This document shows positions 45,349 through 62,345 of a stretch of 64,000 bases of DNA, one piece after another; within the stretch, counting starts at the first letter, position 1; each line of letters starts with the position of its first letter. The translations under genes and the position numbers were made by a program. The stretch lies in the NCBI RefSeq assembly GCF_009914755.1, contig NC_060930.1. One strand, written 5' to 3'. The stretch comes from the human T2T-CHM13v2.0 reference genome, Homo sapiens. The notes below the pieces were generated by a model that was given only the letters and a program-made list of their open reading frames with translations, had not been told where the DNA came from and did no database searches.

Positions 45349-47759
45349 TTTCAACAGTGTCTTTGTACCCTCAGAACTCACCCTTGCCTAGATCAAGGAA
45401 AAAACTGCCTATACAAGCTCAATCAGGCTCTGCTGCTACCTCAGCATGGACTGTCGCTCTTATGGAGCTCCATTTTCATCCTACTGGTTCCCTCTATGTG
45501 TGAGTCCTCTCTGCACAAGTCTTTAAGATAAGCTATTTGCTTACATTAAAAAAAAAGCCTTCCTTTCTCCTTATTTTTCTGAGGTACAATATATTAGAAT
45601 GTTGACATCTAGATCTTTTTAAGAATTAGCAACTATTCTCATTGGTTATGCTTATGATCATCTTTTTCTGTTTATTCTTATCTATTTACCTTGTTCCTGT
45701 ACCAAATCAAATAAATAATTTGAAGACACAATTTTTGTTTTCCTTATTTGAGTGAAAGCTTTTAAAGAGAGGGAAACTGTTTTTCACAAGTTGGAGAAAT
45801 TTGTGAAATTCACAAATTTCTCCAACAAACACAGTATCAGTCTGAAATAGGATTAGGAAGAAGTTGAGATAGAATCAAATAGAGGTGTTGACTACTTTCT
45901 CCATTTTCACGAGCTAGGCTTCTACAAGGTTGTTTCATTACTTTGTTAGAAGTGCTGTGGCTTAATCACCAGAACACCAGACAGGGCCGTATGTGAATGT
46001 AGGTGAGAGTACATTCAATAATAAAAGCTTTTGTAATATTCAGGAGTTTTCATATGGTTGCTTTCTTCCCTTCCTACAGAAAATATAAAGGTGACTGTCT
46101 CTGTGTTTATGATGTAATATAAGGTTGATATAATTTAATTTTGAACTGTAAGTTCATAGAAAGTAGGACTATATGTGCCTTATTAGTTGAGCAACTATGA
46201 GTAAAGTACTATATCTACCCAATAGCTTAATAAATTCATGCAATAACATTTCTCTTCCCCTTCTTCTCATACTGTATTTATCAGAGTCTATGGTTGAGGA
46301 AAAAAACTACCAAGGAATAGTGAAGGTTTATAAGTCAGTTTGTTTCTCCCCATTTCTGCCCTGAAAAAAAAATTGGCAGTAGGAAAATCAAAGTCTGATA
46401 AACTTATCATCCAACTTTTAAAAAACATAAAAATTGATGAATTGTTGGGATGAAGAGCCAGGAAAATAGCTACCCAATCTATAAATTGCTCAGCCAGAAT
46501 GATGTATTAGCAGCCACTCTTTAAATATGAAATGTACTAGTACTGGTTCTATCCATTTATCATAGATTTTATGCCTCAAATATATTCATAATGTATTACA
46601 GTGCTGAAGTTCATTTCTCACACATTTATATATTTAATATATTCCCCCCAGAAGATTTGAATGTGGTTAAAGGCAAAGTTGTATTTCTTCTTGATAATAA
46701 TAAAATAATAAAGTGTTGCTCATAAAAGAAGTTCAGTATGAATTTATGGCTGGAGCCAGGCTGTATTTTATGCTGCAGTAGTAATGCTCTTGCTCACCTG
46801 ACAGTGGCTTCTTTCAACATCATTACTCTTCTGGTTTAGGACTTTGTGATAAAAAAAAGTCATCTTTTTAAAACTGGCACTTTCAGTTCTTGATAATTCA
46901 AGATGATGGGCTTTCAGAAAAGCACATGCCCTGAAGAATACCCTAAGGAAACCAAGTGTCTCTAATTACTGTGTCTTTGATTTAATACCAGATGGTAATA
47001 ATATGACTATTACAAAATGGCAGAGTTGTTTCTACTTAGGAATACATTAGTAAAACTATTCTGTGGTATTAGAAGGAAGGATGGTTATACCAGTTACCTC
47101 TGGAAGGGTCATTACTTACTGGAAAAGAGCATGAGGGGTCTTTTGAGGTGCTGGAACAGTGCATTCTGTTTCTCCGTCTCAGTGCTCATTTCACAAGTGT
47201 GGTCATTTTGTGTAAATACATTGACTTAGGATTTGGGTCCTTGATATATGTTAAGCTTCAGTAAAAATGTCTATTAAATAAGAAAAGGTACAATCTATTA
47301 GGGTGACTTGGAAAATCAGCCCTATCTTTTTCTGAAGTTGTCAACTCTATATAAATTGTCGACTCTATATAAAGACCAATTATTTTCTACTTTGGAAAAT
47401 CTGCTTAATTGTTTTTCTTTTTGTATTGTACAAGCAACATGATGTATGGTGCTTAGGCATCCCCTTCTTCTATTTTCTCTGGGATCCTCCCCCTTGCTGC
47501 TGACACTGCTTCTTTTGTGGCATACACATTTAGGGGAGGCCTCCATGACAACATGGCAAGAGGTTTTATTTTTTGTTTTATTTTACATAATTTATTATAA
47601 TTGGAAGGTTCTCGGAATGACCCTGGAAAGATGCTGATGGTATCTATTCTTCCAGTTTACTTCTACAAATTGAAATAACACTTTAGGGACAAAATGTTAT
47701 ATATATACATACATATACAAGTGTGTGTTATATTTTCATTCCATAACAATGGATATGCA

Positions 47760-48482
47760 TATATCCATTTGAACATCCCTACTCCAAAAATTCAAAATCC
47801 CAAATTCTCCAAAATCCAGAACTTTTTGGTTACTGACATGATGCCACAAGTGGAAATTTTTTTTTTTAATTTTGACAAATCTTATTTAATTCAGATAGCA
47901 GTCTGATCACACATGGTCCAACAACATTCAAATAATAAATCAAATATAATCAGATGTTAAATACTGGTCTTCAAACATCATAGCCAATGATGCCACGCTT
48001 GCCTATGATCTCTCCGACATAAAACCACATAACACCTCAGTGGCCACCAAACCATTCAGCACAGCTTCCTTAACTGTGAGTTGTTTGAAGCTACCAGTCT
48101 GAGCACTATTGACTATTTTTTTCAGACTCTGAATAGCTCTAGGGATCTCAGCAGGGGTGGGAGGAACCAGCTCAAACTTGGCGTAGTACCAAAATGTGGC
48201 CAATCAAGGCTTTGAGTAAGTCACAGCAGCGTTCACCAGCACCAGGGTCTTTTCCACAAGGTTACGGAAAAATTGGGCCAATGGTTCTGGGATGGAAAGT
48301 CTGTCGCCCTGAATGCCACAAGTGGAAAATTCTACACTTGACCTCATGTGATGGCTCACAGTCAAAAGGCAGTCAAAACTTTGTTTCATGTAATTAAAAC
48401 ATAAGGAAATTTTGTGTTTAGAGAAAATCCGAAATCTGAAAAACTGGTCCCAAGCATTTTGTATAGAGATAGTCCACCTGTA
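47760..48482. mobile_element. Tigger4/MER46-like DNA transposon hosting the ATP5MG retrocopy
   Basis: CATCCCTACTCCAAAAATTCAAAATCC ... AATCCGAAATCTGAAA..GGTCCCAAGCATTT..CACCTGTA. Confidence 0.7.
47857..48312 (-). pseudogene. ATP5MG: Processed pseudogene of ATP synthase subunit g (ATP5MG/ATP5L)
   Basis: Translates AQFFRNLVEKT..ATFWYYAKFELVPPTPAEIPRAIQSLKKIVNSAQTGSFKQLTVKEAVLNGLVATEV; intronless, poly-A, ATTAAA, 16-bp TSD ATGCCACAAGTGGAAA (47841-47856, 48313-48328); start reads ATTG, in-frame TGA and a frameshift. Symbol refers to the parent gene. Confidence 0.96.
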
Positions 48483-48609
48483 AGTAACTTCTGCAGTGAG
48501 CTGCCATCAGCTGAACAGGAGCTGATAAACTCTTTCACACAGAACTGCCAATAGATAACACTTGTTATCCTTTCCAGACCTATATGCTTTATTGTGGAAT
48601 GACAACACT

Positions 48610-48780
48610 ACACACACATATAATATATATGTATATACTATATATTATATATAATATGACATGTATAAATATATGTAACATTATATATACATATATGTAT
48701 ATTTTATACATATATATTATACATAAAATATATATAAAACACATTATATATATATACACACACACATATATATAATGTAA
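48610..48780. repeat. (TA/CA)n low-complexity tract
   Basis: Alternating AT/CA sequence. Confidence 0.9.
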
Positions 48781-48784
48781 TACA

Positions 48785-49137
48785 TTATCCAAAATGCATG
48801 GGACCAAAAGTGTTTGAGATTTTGGGTTATTTTGGATTTCAGAATATTTACATGTATGTAGTGAGATATTTTAGGAATGAGACCCAAAGTCTAAACATGA
48901 AATTCAGTTATGTTTCATATACACCTTATACACATAGCTTGAAGGTAATTTTGTAGAATATTTTAAATAATTTTGTCCATGAAACAAAGTTTTGACTGCA
49001 TTTTGACTGCAACCTATCATGTGAAGTCAAGTGTGGAAGTGGAATTTTTCACTTGTTATATCATGTCAGTCCTCAACAAGTTTTAGATTTTGGAACATTT
49101 TGGATTTTGAATTTTCAGATTAGGGATGCTCAACCTC
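48785..49137. mobile_element. Second MER46/Tigger4-like element
   Basis: TTATCCAAAATGCATGGGACCAAAAGTG ... GATTAGGGATGCTCAACCT. Confidence 0.7.
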
Positions 49138-51401
49138 GATATTATGTTGTTTGGACTGGAGATAGGAAAGCTTTGGGAGGAAAGAAGTCATTTAGTATTT
49201 GGGTGGGGGACATGCTTTCCATTCTGACTGAGCACCACAGAACCACTCCCCAAAACCGGTGGTCTATGACCATATTTTGGCAAATCCCTTTGCAAGGGGT
49301 TTCCTTCAGACATGGGTAACATAAATGGGTGTAGTGGTGAGGATGCACCACTGGATTTGGCTCTTGCAGGTGCTTTGTCAGGACTCATGTATGACTGGCA
49401 TTAACAGATTTTGAACATGTGCAATTGGCTACTCCAGATGCCCTGGCCTGCTGGATAGACAATGAAATACTTCAAGCCATCAAGTTAATAAAAGCATCTG
49501 ATAGTAAATTACATCTACTCCTCTAGATTAGATTTCTACAGATGAGTGTATCTGTTTGCATTAAAGGCACTTATGCATGCATTCAGATCATTATGCTCAC
49601 AACGCTAAGAGAAACATTTTCACAATTTTCGATATATACATCTAGTAGCCAAAATATACATATAAAAACATTATGTTAGCATAATATATTTATATGGCAA
49701 GACGGAACATTTTAAATATCATAATTAGAGTTCAGGATAGGTCCTCCTGTCTCTTCCATAATTCCTATCCTAAAAATTCTTGAGTGAAAATAATCATCTT
49801 CAGAAAATTTCTTATAGTCTCTCCTCAGGAAATAATTTATTTATTAATAATATGGCAGAGAGTGGCTCAGAAAAAGAAAAAAATATAACCTATAGATTAT
49901 ATTTTTAAAATTCCTAGAAGCTAAAGAGAATTAGAAAATGAAGCCCAAGGGATCAATAAATCTTCCAGAATGTTGCTGGATTGTGCAGAGATTGCACTGG
50001 CTATCTCTTTGTGAAGGGTACTTCTCATTTACAGTTTATCCATGCACTTTGCAAATGCAAAGCACAGCCCAGAATATCCTCATTTAAATGAAGGACACAA
50101 TTAATAGCCCACCTGCTGGGCTAAGGAGAGAATAGTGTGATAGCGAAGCTGAGCTAATTCTTTGATGCTAGGTTAAAAGTCTTGGTCCTTAACCTCATTT
50201 CAAATAAACAGATCAGAAGTCTCTACAAATAAAAAGAACAAGAGAGCCCTGGTTATATTAGGGGAAGAAAAGATGAGGAATCTGAATGTTTGAGTCCAGA
50301 CTCTGCCATTTACTCCTTTTATGACTAAGCTTAAAACCAATCTCAATACCAGCTTTTCCATCTGTAAAATTAGCATAATGTTGCTTTACTGAGATAAGAC
50401 ATGGAGATGCAGCAAAAAAATAAAAAGCCTGTAAAAACAACTATGATTATGATTGATACAGAAATGTCAAGCACCTGCTATGCTTTGTGCCTTAGGACAG
50501 TCCTATGAAGCAGGCTGAGAGAAAAGCCTTGGAAAAATTTGCTAAATTCTTCCTTCATTTGAGAATGAATGGGCTTGAGAAACTGTTTTTAAGGAAACAT
50601 GTACAGCAAAGCTGGGGTTATTCCATAAGCTTCAATATTGGGGGGGGGGGTGGTGGGAAAGAAAGGATGAGGCATTCTTCAGCCCTTCCAACTTGCTCTG
50701 CATCTTGTTTGCTAATTTGTCTTTATTAGAAAATAGAAGATGTCTGCCACTCAGGTGTGCTTCAAACGAGAATGGAAAAGTACAACTGGGTGTCATCAGT
50801 GTCAGTCACGTTGGGTGTAAATGAGGCGATCTAGCAGGGAGGAGAAGCAGAGGAAATAACTTGATTATGGATAGTTGTGGGTTAGGGATGGCTGTTTCCC
50901 TGATGCTCTACCTTTAAAAGAGGTCCAGGAGAGAGGCTACACCAGCAGAGGGCTGAGGAACAGTGTGCGTAATTCTAGTTATTACTTAATGTTATCTTGA
51001 GTGGAAAATAAAGGAATATTGTTACAAAATTCTTCATAGTACTATCTGTTTGTGGGGGTCCTGAAACTCTTGTTCCTGATGCATAGATGCATTACTTTGG
51101 GACTTGTTAAAAAAGAGTGGTTTTCCCTAACATTTGTCAGAAATTCCCCTAAAACATTATTTCTTGCATATTGCAAGTGACATCTTTGATTGCTCAAGCT
51201 CCTCTCTCTTTTCCTTAACTTTTATTCACAAATTGCTACTTGTCTGCATTTCCCTTTTCCATCAGCATGGCCACAGCCATGAACTCTGATGGCTACCAGT
51301 GTTGGTTATTGTTCGCATTCTCTTTCTCGATCTCTCTCTCCTACCTCTCCATTCGATTCCATCCTATAAATCATAGCCTAATATTCCTGAAGCACATCTA
51401 A

Positions 51402-51755
<354 letters not shown>

Positions 51756-52132
51756 AGTTTTAATTCCCCACTGCTCTCATGCATTTGCCAGTCTTGCTGA
51801 AATACTCGCACTGGCCAAACATACCTTGTGTTCCTCCACTCAGGCCGTGATCTTCCCATTAAGATCTCTACCAGTAATGTTTCTCATCTTTCTCCTAACA
51901 GGAGCAGGTCAGGTGCCAGATCTTTTTGAATGTGCAGTTCATAAAGAGAGGAAGGAATTTGGGTTGTCTGAATATCTGCTTCCAGGGCAAAGTGAGGAAG
52001 GGAGGAAGAAACCTTGACTGCAGAGAAGGAAACCAGGCAGCTCTGGCACATTACCGTCACAACAGTGTCTATTCTACTTATGAGAGTATTGAACCTGATG
52101 CCAATACTTCATCCCATTGTATCTCCTACTAG

Positions 52133-52873
<741 letters not shown>

Positions 52874-53030
52874 TAACATATATATAGACAGATGCATATA
52901 ATCACACCACAATCCGAATATAAAGAAGTTTCATCACCCCTCAAATGCCTTCATGGTATCCCTATAACATCACACCCTCACTTTATCCATAACCTCTGGC
53001 AAGCTAATTTATTTTCTGTAACTATAGTTT

Positions 53031-53275
53031 AAAAAAAATTAAATATTTTAAATAATTTATTTTATTTTAAGTTACAGGATACATGTGCAGGATGTGCAGG
53101 CTTCTTACACAGGTAAACGTGTGCCATGGTGGTTTGCTGCACCTATCAACCAGTCACCTAGGTATTAAGCCCAGCATGCATTAGCTATTTATCCTGATGC
53201 TCTCTCTCCCCTGCCGCCCCCTCCACAGACCCCAGTGTGTGTTGTTCCCCTCCCTGTGTCCATGTGTTCTCACTG
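53031..53275 (-). mobile_element. Short 5'-truncated L1PA 3' end
   Basis: GATACATGTGCAGGATGTGCAGG..GTGCCATGGTGGTTTGCTGCACC; 21-bp TSD TATTTTCTGTAACTATAGTTT at 53010-53030 and 53276-53296. Confidence 0.9.
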
Positions 53276-53370
53276 TATTTTCTGTAACTATAGTTTTATT
53301 CCTTAAAAATATTTAATACAATTTGAGAATATCACATAAATGGAATCAGATAAATACATAGATAGACTAA

Positions 53371-53730
<360 letters not shown>

Positions 53731-53734
53731 TAAC

Positions 53735-55895
<2,161 letters not shown>

Positions 55896-56719
55896 CTGTT
55901 TCATTTTCCCCCAGATTGGCCTTTGAAGTCTTGACCTTTCTTCCAGCCCTTTCTTAAATATAATTCCTTCTCTGAGGCCTTTCTAGTTCCCTTTACCAGA
56001 TGTGATTTCTTCATCCATTAAATATACAAATCATTTTGTCCCTACATATCACTTGTCTTTTTTTCTCTATATTATGGTGAACTGAATACTTCACTCATTC
56101 CTCAGTACAATATGGGATTATCATAGTGTTAAATACTTTTAATCACAATTCTGTCTTTTCTCACCCTGGAATATTGGGCAAATTCTTAAATCTTTCTGGC
56201 GTTCAGTTTTCTTTTCATTTGTAATGAGTGAAATAATAATTATTTTGTAGATTTATTGTGAGAATAATGCATGTTAGGTGCTCACTAAATATTAGGGTTT
56301 TTTTTCCCCTTTAGAGTTATACATTCTTGAGAACTTATTGCTACATACTTGCTTGAGTTCTCTGCAGTATCTGGGATGAAGTACAGATATATGTTTAATT
56401 GTATCAACAGAATTTAGCACAGGGCAAGGAACACTATCTATGTTTAGTAAACTCTGGTCTTACAACTCTTTATTGTATCTATAACAAATTTTAATATTAT
56501 GTGATTGTAAGGATCATTAGGAAATTAGCCAACTTGCAGCATTAACATAAGCAAAGCATGCAGGGAAACTAAATTATACCAGATTCTCTAGGCAGCTATT
56601 AAACTAAATTGAGGTCATTATTAGCTGAGTAAGGGAAATGGTTAGAGGAGGGCAAGACAATGGTACCCTTTAGTGAGCTACCAGAAGAGCAGATTTTACA
56701 GCAACTGAAGAATGGATGA

Positions 56720-57071
56720 TGTTATGGTTTGAATGTGTGCCCTAGAATTCATATGTTGGAAACTTAATTCCCAATGCAACAGTATTGGGAGGTGGGGCTT
56801 AATGGAAGTTGTTTAGGTCACAAGGGTTCTGCGCTCATGAATAGATTAATGCTGTTATAAAAAGGGCATGTGGGAGTGGATTCCCTCTTTTGTACTCTTG
56901 CCCTTCCACCTTCCACCATTTTGATAATACAGCAAGAAGGCCCTCACCAGATGTTGGCACTTTGATCTCAAATTTTCCAGCCTCCAGAAGTGTGAACCAA
57001 TACATTTCTGATCATGATAAATTAACTGATCTTAGGAATTTTTTTATAGCAGCACAAAATGGACTAAGACA
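56720..57071 (+). mobile_element. MaLR LTR (MST/MLT1A-like)
   Basis: TGTTATGGTTTGAATGTG ... GGACTAAGACA. Confidence 0.85.
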
Positions 57072-57349
57072 AATGAGGGTATGAAGAGGACTACCCGTTT
57101 AAAAGAGATTACTTTGGGATTTCAGGTAGCAAGGCAAGCAGGGGAGCCTTATGCTCTTTGTATTAGAGAAGAGGAAGAGTAGTATCTTCACCATCACTGG
57201 TGACCGGGAAGTTTACTGGCAGGGTTAGAATTCTTGTTGCTATCACAGTGCCACTAGGCTATCTGACAGACTGAATCTAGAAGCATCTGTTTGTGCTCTA
57301 CATAACAAATAGAAATGACTTTAGCTTTCAGAAACTTGAAGTTAACTGG

Positions 57350-57697
57350 GATCTTAGTCAGTTGGGGCTGCTATAACAAAAATGCCATGGACTAGGTGGC
57401 TTAAACAGCAAACTTTTATTTCTTAACAGTTCCACAGGCTGGGAAGTCCAAGATTAAGGAGCTAGCAGATCTAGTGTCTGGTGACAGCCCACTCCTTAGC
57501 TTGTAGACAGCTGCCTTCTCTCTACATCCTTATATGACTGAGAGCTCTTTTCTTTTAAGGACACTAAACACACTCATAAGGGCTTTACTCTCATGACCTA
57601 ATCACCTCCCAGAGGCCTTACCTCCAAATACCATCATATGGGGGATCACATTTCAACATACAGATTTTGGGGGAACACAAACATGCAGTTCATAGCA
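57350..57697 (-). mobile_element. MaLR LTR (MLT1A-like)
   Basis: TCTTAGTCAGTT..GCTGCTATAACAAAA..CTCATGACCTAATCACCTCCC..CATAGCA. Confidence 0.8.
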
Positions 57698-58320
57698 CTA
57701 AGAAAGCACAATCATTTGCAGAAATTGCTAACATCTAAATATTAGCTGGGTCAGTCTGTGGACCAAGAAAGAGAAGAAAAATATCTGTGGGATCTTAGCA
57801 TTAGAGACTATGATGCATCTGTTTATGTGTGTGTGTGTCATTTAGAGCATATAAATGAAGCTTGTTCTCATGTGGCAGTCTAAGAGCAGGTGGTGTTCCT
57901 GAGGAAGTCCAGCAGGGTGCACTAAGAGGCCAGGGGAAGAGAACACACTGGGAAATTGTGCAACCTCATAGGAGCTGAGCATAATATTAAGTTTATCATG
58001 ACCTTCAATGCAGAATTACCTAGGTGAGGGTGGGAGGGTATTGTAACAGAAAAAGATAAAAGGTAGCAGTCAAACATCACAAAGTATTTCTGGAATACTA
58101 TTTAAAAATACCACTTAAGCATTTAATCTTTGTATCTAGATTAAAAAGTTGTCCTGCAAATATTCACATGCTTTGCCACTAAAACAAGCTATAGAAATTT
58201 TATTTAATAATTTTATTCTTTACAATATGAGCCTGGTGCATACTAGGTAAGATGTTTTTCATAGTTCTTGGAAATAGTTATGCCTTTATCATGTGTATGA
58301 AAGAAGACAGGGATAGTAGA

Positions 58321-61300
58321 TGCTATGGTTTGAATGTTCCCTCCAAAGCTTGTTAAATTTAATTGTCATTGTGATAGAATTAAGAGAGGCAACTGTTAAC
58401 AGGTGGTTAGATCACAAGTCTCTGTCCTCCTCATAAATTGATTAATGTAATAATCACAGGAGCACATTATTATTGTGGGAATGGGTTAGTTATTGTGACA
58501 GTAGACTTGTGAGGCAACTGTTAATAGCTGATTAGGTCAAAGGTTTCTGTGCTCCTCATAAATTTATTAATGTCATAATCACAGGAGCACATTATTATTG
58601 AGAGTAGACTTGTTATAAAAGTGAGGTTGCACCCCTCTTGCTGTCTCTCTCATGTTCTCTTGCTCTTCTGCCTTCTGCCATGGGATGACACAGCAGGAAG
58701 GCCCTCATCAGATGCAGGCACCTCAACTTAGGCTTCTCAGCCACCAGAACTGTAAGAAATAAATATCTGTTCTTTGTAAATTGCCCAGTTTCATGTACCA
58801 TTCTATACCAGCAGAAAATGGACTAAGACACAAAATTGGTACCATGAAGTGGGGCCATTGCTATTAAAAATGTTGAAGTGACTTTGAAAGTAAGTAATGG
58901 ATAGATGCTAGAAGAATTTTGAGGAGCAGGCTAGAAAAAGCCTAGATTGCTATAAAAAGAGCAGTAAGAGTGATTCTGGTGAGAGTTGAGAATAAATGTA
59001 AAGAAGCCTGGAACTTCTTAGATATTACTTAATTGGTCACGATTAGAATGTTGGTAGAAACATGAATGGTAAAGGCCATTCTGATGAGGTCTCAATGGAA
59101 ATGAGGAACAAAATATTGTAAACTGACATAAAAGTTATTTTTGTGACACAGTTGTAAGGAACTTAGCAGAATTGTGTCCATGTCCTAGGACTCTATGGAA
59201 GACAAATTTAAGAGTACTGAATTAGAATGTGTGGCAGAAGAAATTTCTAAGCAAAACATTGAAGGAGCTGCATGGCTACTTTTAACTGCATACAGTACGA
59301 TGTGAGAGGAGAGATATTAGAGACAGAATTTATAATAAAAGGGAAGCAGAGCAGAAAAATTTGAAAAATTTGGAGCTTAGCCATTGTATTAGTCAGGGTA
59401 CTGTGGAGGGACAGAACTAATAGGACAGAGGTATATGTAAAGGGGAGTTTATCAAGGAGTATTGACTCACATGATCACAATGGGAGGTCCCACAATAGGC
59501 TGTCTGCAAGCTAAGGAGCAAGGAAGTCAGTCCAGTCCCAAAGCTGAAAAATTTGGAGTCTGACATTAGAGGGCAGAAGCATCCAGCATGGGAGAAAGAT
59601 GTAGGCTGCGAGGCTAAGCCAGTTTAGTCTTTTAACATTCTTCTGCCTGCTTTTATTCTGGCTGGGTTGGCAGCTGAATAGATTGTATCCACCTGGATTG
59701 AGGGTGGGCCTGCCTTTCCCATTCCACTGACTCAAATGTAAATCTTTTTTGGCAACACCGTCACAGACACACCCAGGAAGGCCAAATCCTTCAATCCAAC
59801 CAAGTTGACGCTCAGTATTAACTATCACAGCCATGTAAACAGTGAAAAGGATTTTTACCTTTGCTTTAGAAGAGCAAACCAAGGGTCTAGCCAAGCAACT
59901 ATTTGCTAAATTGGTACTGATAGAGGAGAGCCAGGGGCTAGTTTTCAAGACAATGGGAGAATGACCCAGAAGGCATTTCAGAGATCCTCCAGGCAAGCTG
60001 TGACCTTGAGGGCAAAGTTTCCAGAGAGGCACCCAAGGGAGCTCAGGATTTGCTGCCCAGGGTTATCCCAAACTTTGGTCCCTAAATTCTGGTGCAGCAC
60101 ACCTTAGCTGCCCCATTATTTTTTGGCTCAAGTGGGCCCAGTACAGCTCAATCAACCACTCTGGAAGTTACAAGACATAAACCTTGGCAATGTCTATGTG
60201 GTACTAATTCTGCAGACAGGTGGAATACAAGAGCTGTAACTTTTTCCACTTAGATTTCAAAGGATGTCGTAGACAGCCTGGGCACAGGCAGAAATGTCTC
60301 ATGGGTGGAGCCACCACAGACAGCCACCACCAAGGCAATGCCCAGCAGAACTGTGGGATTGGGGTCACTGCAGAGTCCCCACTTGGGCAACACTTACTGG
60401 GAGCTATGGCAGCTGTCAAGACCCCAGGACTGTAGAGCTACCAGCATGCCAACTCTAGCTGGGGAAAGCCACAGGCATGAGACTCTAATCCATGATAGCT
60501 GCTGGGTAGACTGAGCCTAGCACAACCTCATGGTGGGGCTGCCTGGGGCCTTGGGGGCCCAACCCCAGCCCAGGGTGCCCAGAATAGGGGACATGGAATC
60601 AAATAAGATTATTCTTCAGATTTACGACTTAATGTTTTCCTTGTTGGATTTTGGACTTACTTGTTACAGCTACCCTTTTTTCTTGCCTACTTCTCCCTTT
60701 TGGAATGAGAATGGTTATCCTATGTCTTGGCTATTTTGGAAGCACGTAACTTGTTAATTTCACAGGCTTACAGCTGGAGAGAAATTTGTTTAAAGATGAA
60801 TCATGCCTTGAGTATCACTCACATTTGATTCAGATGAGACGCTGGACTTTGGACTTTTGAGTTGGTGCTGAAATGAGTAAGACTTTTGGGGCTATTGGCA
60901 TAAAATGAATGTATTTTGTATATGAAAAGGACGTAAGTTGTGAGGTGCCAGGGATGGAATTCTATGATTTAAATGTTCCCTCTAAAATTTATGTTGAAAT
61001 GTAATTGCTATTATAGCAGTATTATAAAGCAGGACCATTAAGAACTGATTATGCCATGAGGGTTCCACCCTCATGAAAGGATTAATGTCATTATCTCAGG
61101 AGTGGGTTAGTTATTGCAAGACTGGGCTTTTTATATAAGTGAGTTCAGCTCCCTCTTGCTCTCTCTCTCATCCTCTCATTCCTTTCTGCCATGGTATGAC
61201 ATAACAAGAAAGCCTTAGCAGATGGGGGACCCCTGACTTTGGACTTCCAGCCTCTAGAACTCTAAGAAATAAATCTATTTTTTTGATAAATTATATCTAG

Positions 61301-61322
61301 ACATTATTCAGTTATATCAGTG
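58321..61322 (+). mobile_element. MST-type MaLR provirus (5' LTR 58321-58830, internal region, 3' LTR from ~60960)
   Basis: Two similar LTRs flanking MaLR internal sequence beginning AAATTGGTACC and ending with GGACTTTTGAGTTG..GGGATGGAA. Confidence 0.85.
59385..59829 (-). mobile_element. MLT2A solo LTR inserted in the MST internal region
   Basis: TGTATTAGTCAGGG ... TCAGTATTAACTATCACA with TSD GCCAT on both sides. Confidence 0.9.
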
Positions 61323-62171
61323 CTTGAGAGGGAGTGAGGTCAATCTGAATTCAGTGTCTTTTTTCACAGCTTTAGTTCACCAAGAAATGGGAAGAAAAAT
61401 CGGAGGGGAGCAGTTGACACCACTCATTAAATATGCCATTCTTTTCTCACTGAGGTGAAATGTGAGCTTCATCATATGCCGAATGATTACATATCCCCGA
61501 GTCTGTTTTTAGATATGAATTTATTTTGTTGATTTATTTGCCTAGTTCTCTTCCAACACTATGTTATTTTAATGTTTTGATATTTATTTTATTTATTTTT
61601 ATTTAATAAACATTTACTTAACACTACATGCTGAACATTATTTTTAGTGATTTATAACTTTGAAATCATTTCATCTTTAAATAAACTTACGAAGTGGGTC
61701 CCATTGATTGAATCCATTTTACAGATTAGGAAACCGAAGCACTGGGAGGAGTGACATAAATTCTAGATCCCCCAACCTATGTTCAGTAAAAACGCCAGTG
61801 CCCTCCTAAGAGTCCCAGGAATTCCAAAGTACTTGTTTTCTCATGGTAACTGATCCAATTTTTTTTCCCCTAGGAGTTATTAACATCAATTGAGTCTCAC
61901 TACACAGAACTGTTTTGTGCTCTCTGCCTTGTACTTCCCAAGCTAAGAAAAACCACCATTTCTCTTGTCCCTAAAACACTCCTTTTCCCATGAGGTTTTT
62001 TTTTTATGTCATAGTCACATTTACTGAAGGTTTGACAATTGGACAACTGTTATTACATCTCAGGACTTAAAAGTCCTTTAGTTCACTATCAGGGATATGT
62101 CACTGGCTAGTATTTCTCATTTCCAGTATCTAGATACCTAATCAATCTATCTATCACCTATCTGTATGTAG

Positions 62172-62345
62172 TTTTTTTCTCTTCTTCCTCCTCCTTCCCC
62201 TCCCCCCCTTCCTCTCCTCCCCTTCTTCCTCCCCCTCCCTTTCCTTTTCCCTCTCTCCCTCAATCCTCCTCCTCCTCCTCCTCCTTCTCCTTCTCCTCCT
62301 CCTCCTCCTCCTCTTTCTCCTTCTTCTTCTTCCCTGTTCCCCCAC
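62172..62345. repeat. Polypyrimidine (CCT/CTT)n tract
   Basis: Almost pure C/T strand; source of the poly-Arg pseudo-ORF. Confidence 0.9.

Noticed and set aside
59511-60032. 173-aa minus-strand ORF
   Set aside because: Spans MST internal sequence and an MLT2A LTR; chance open frame.
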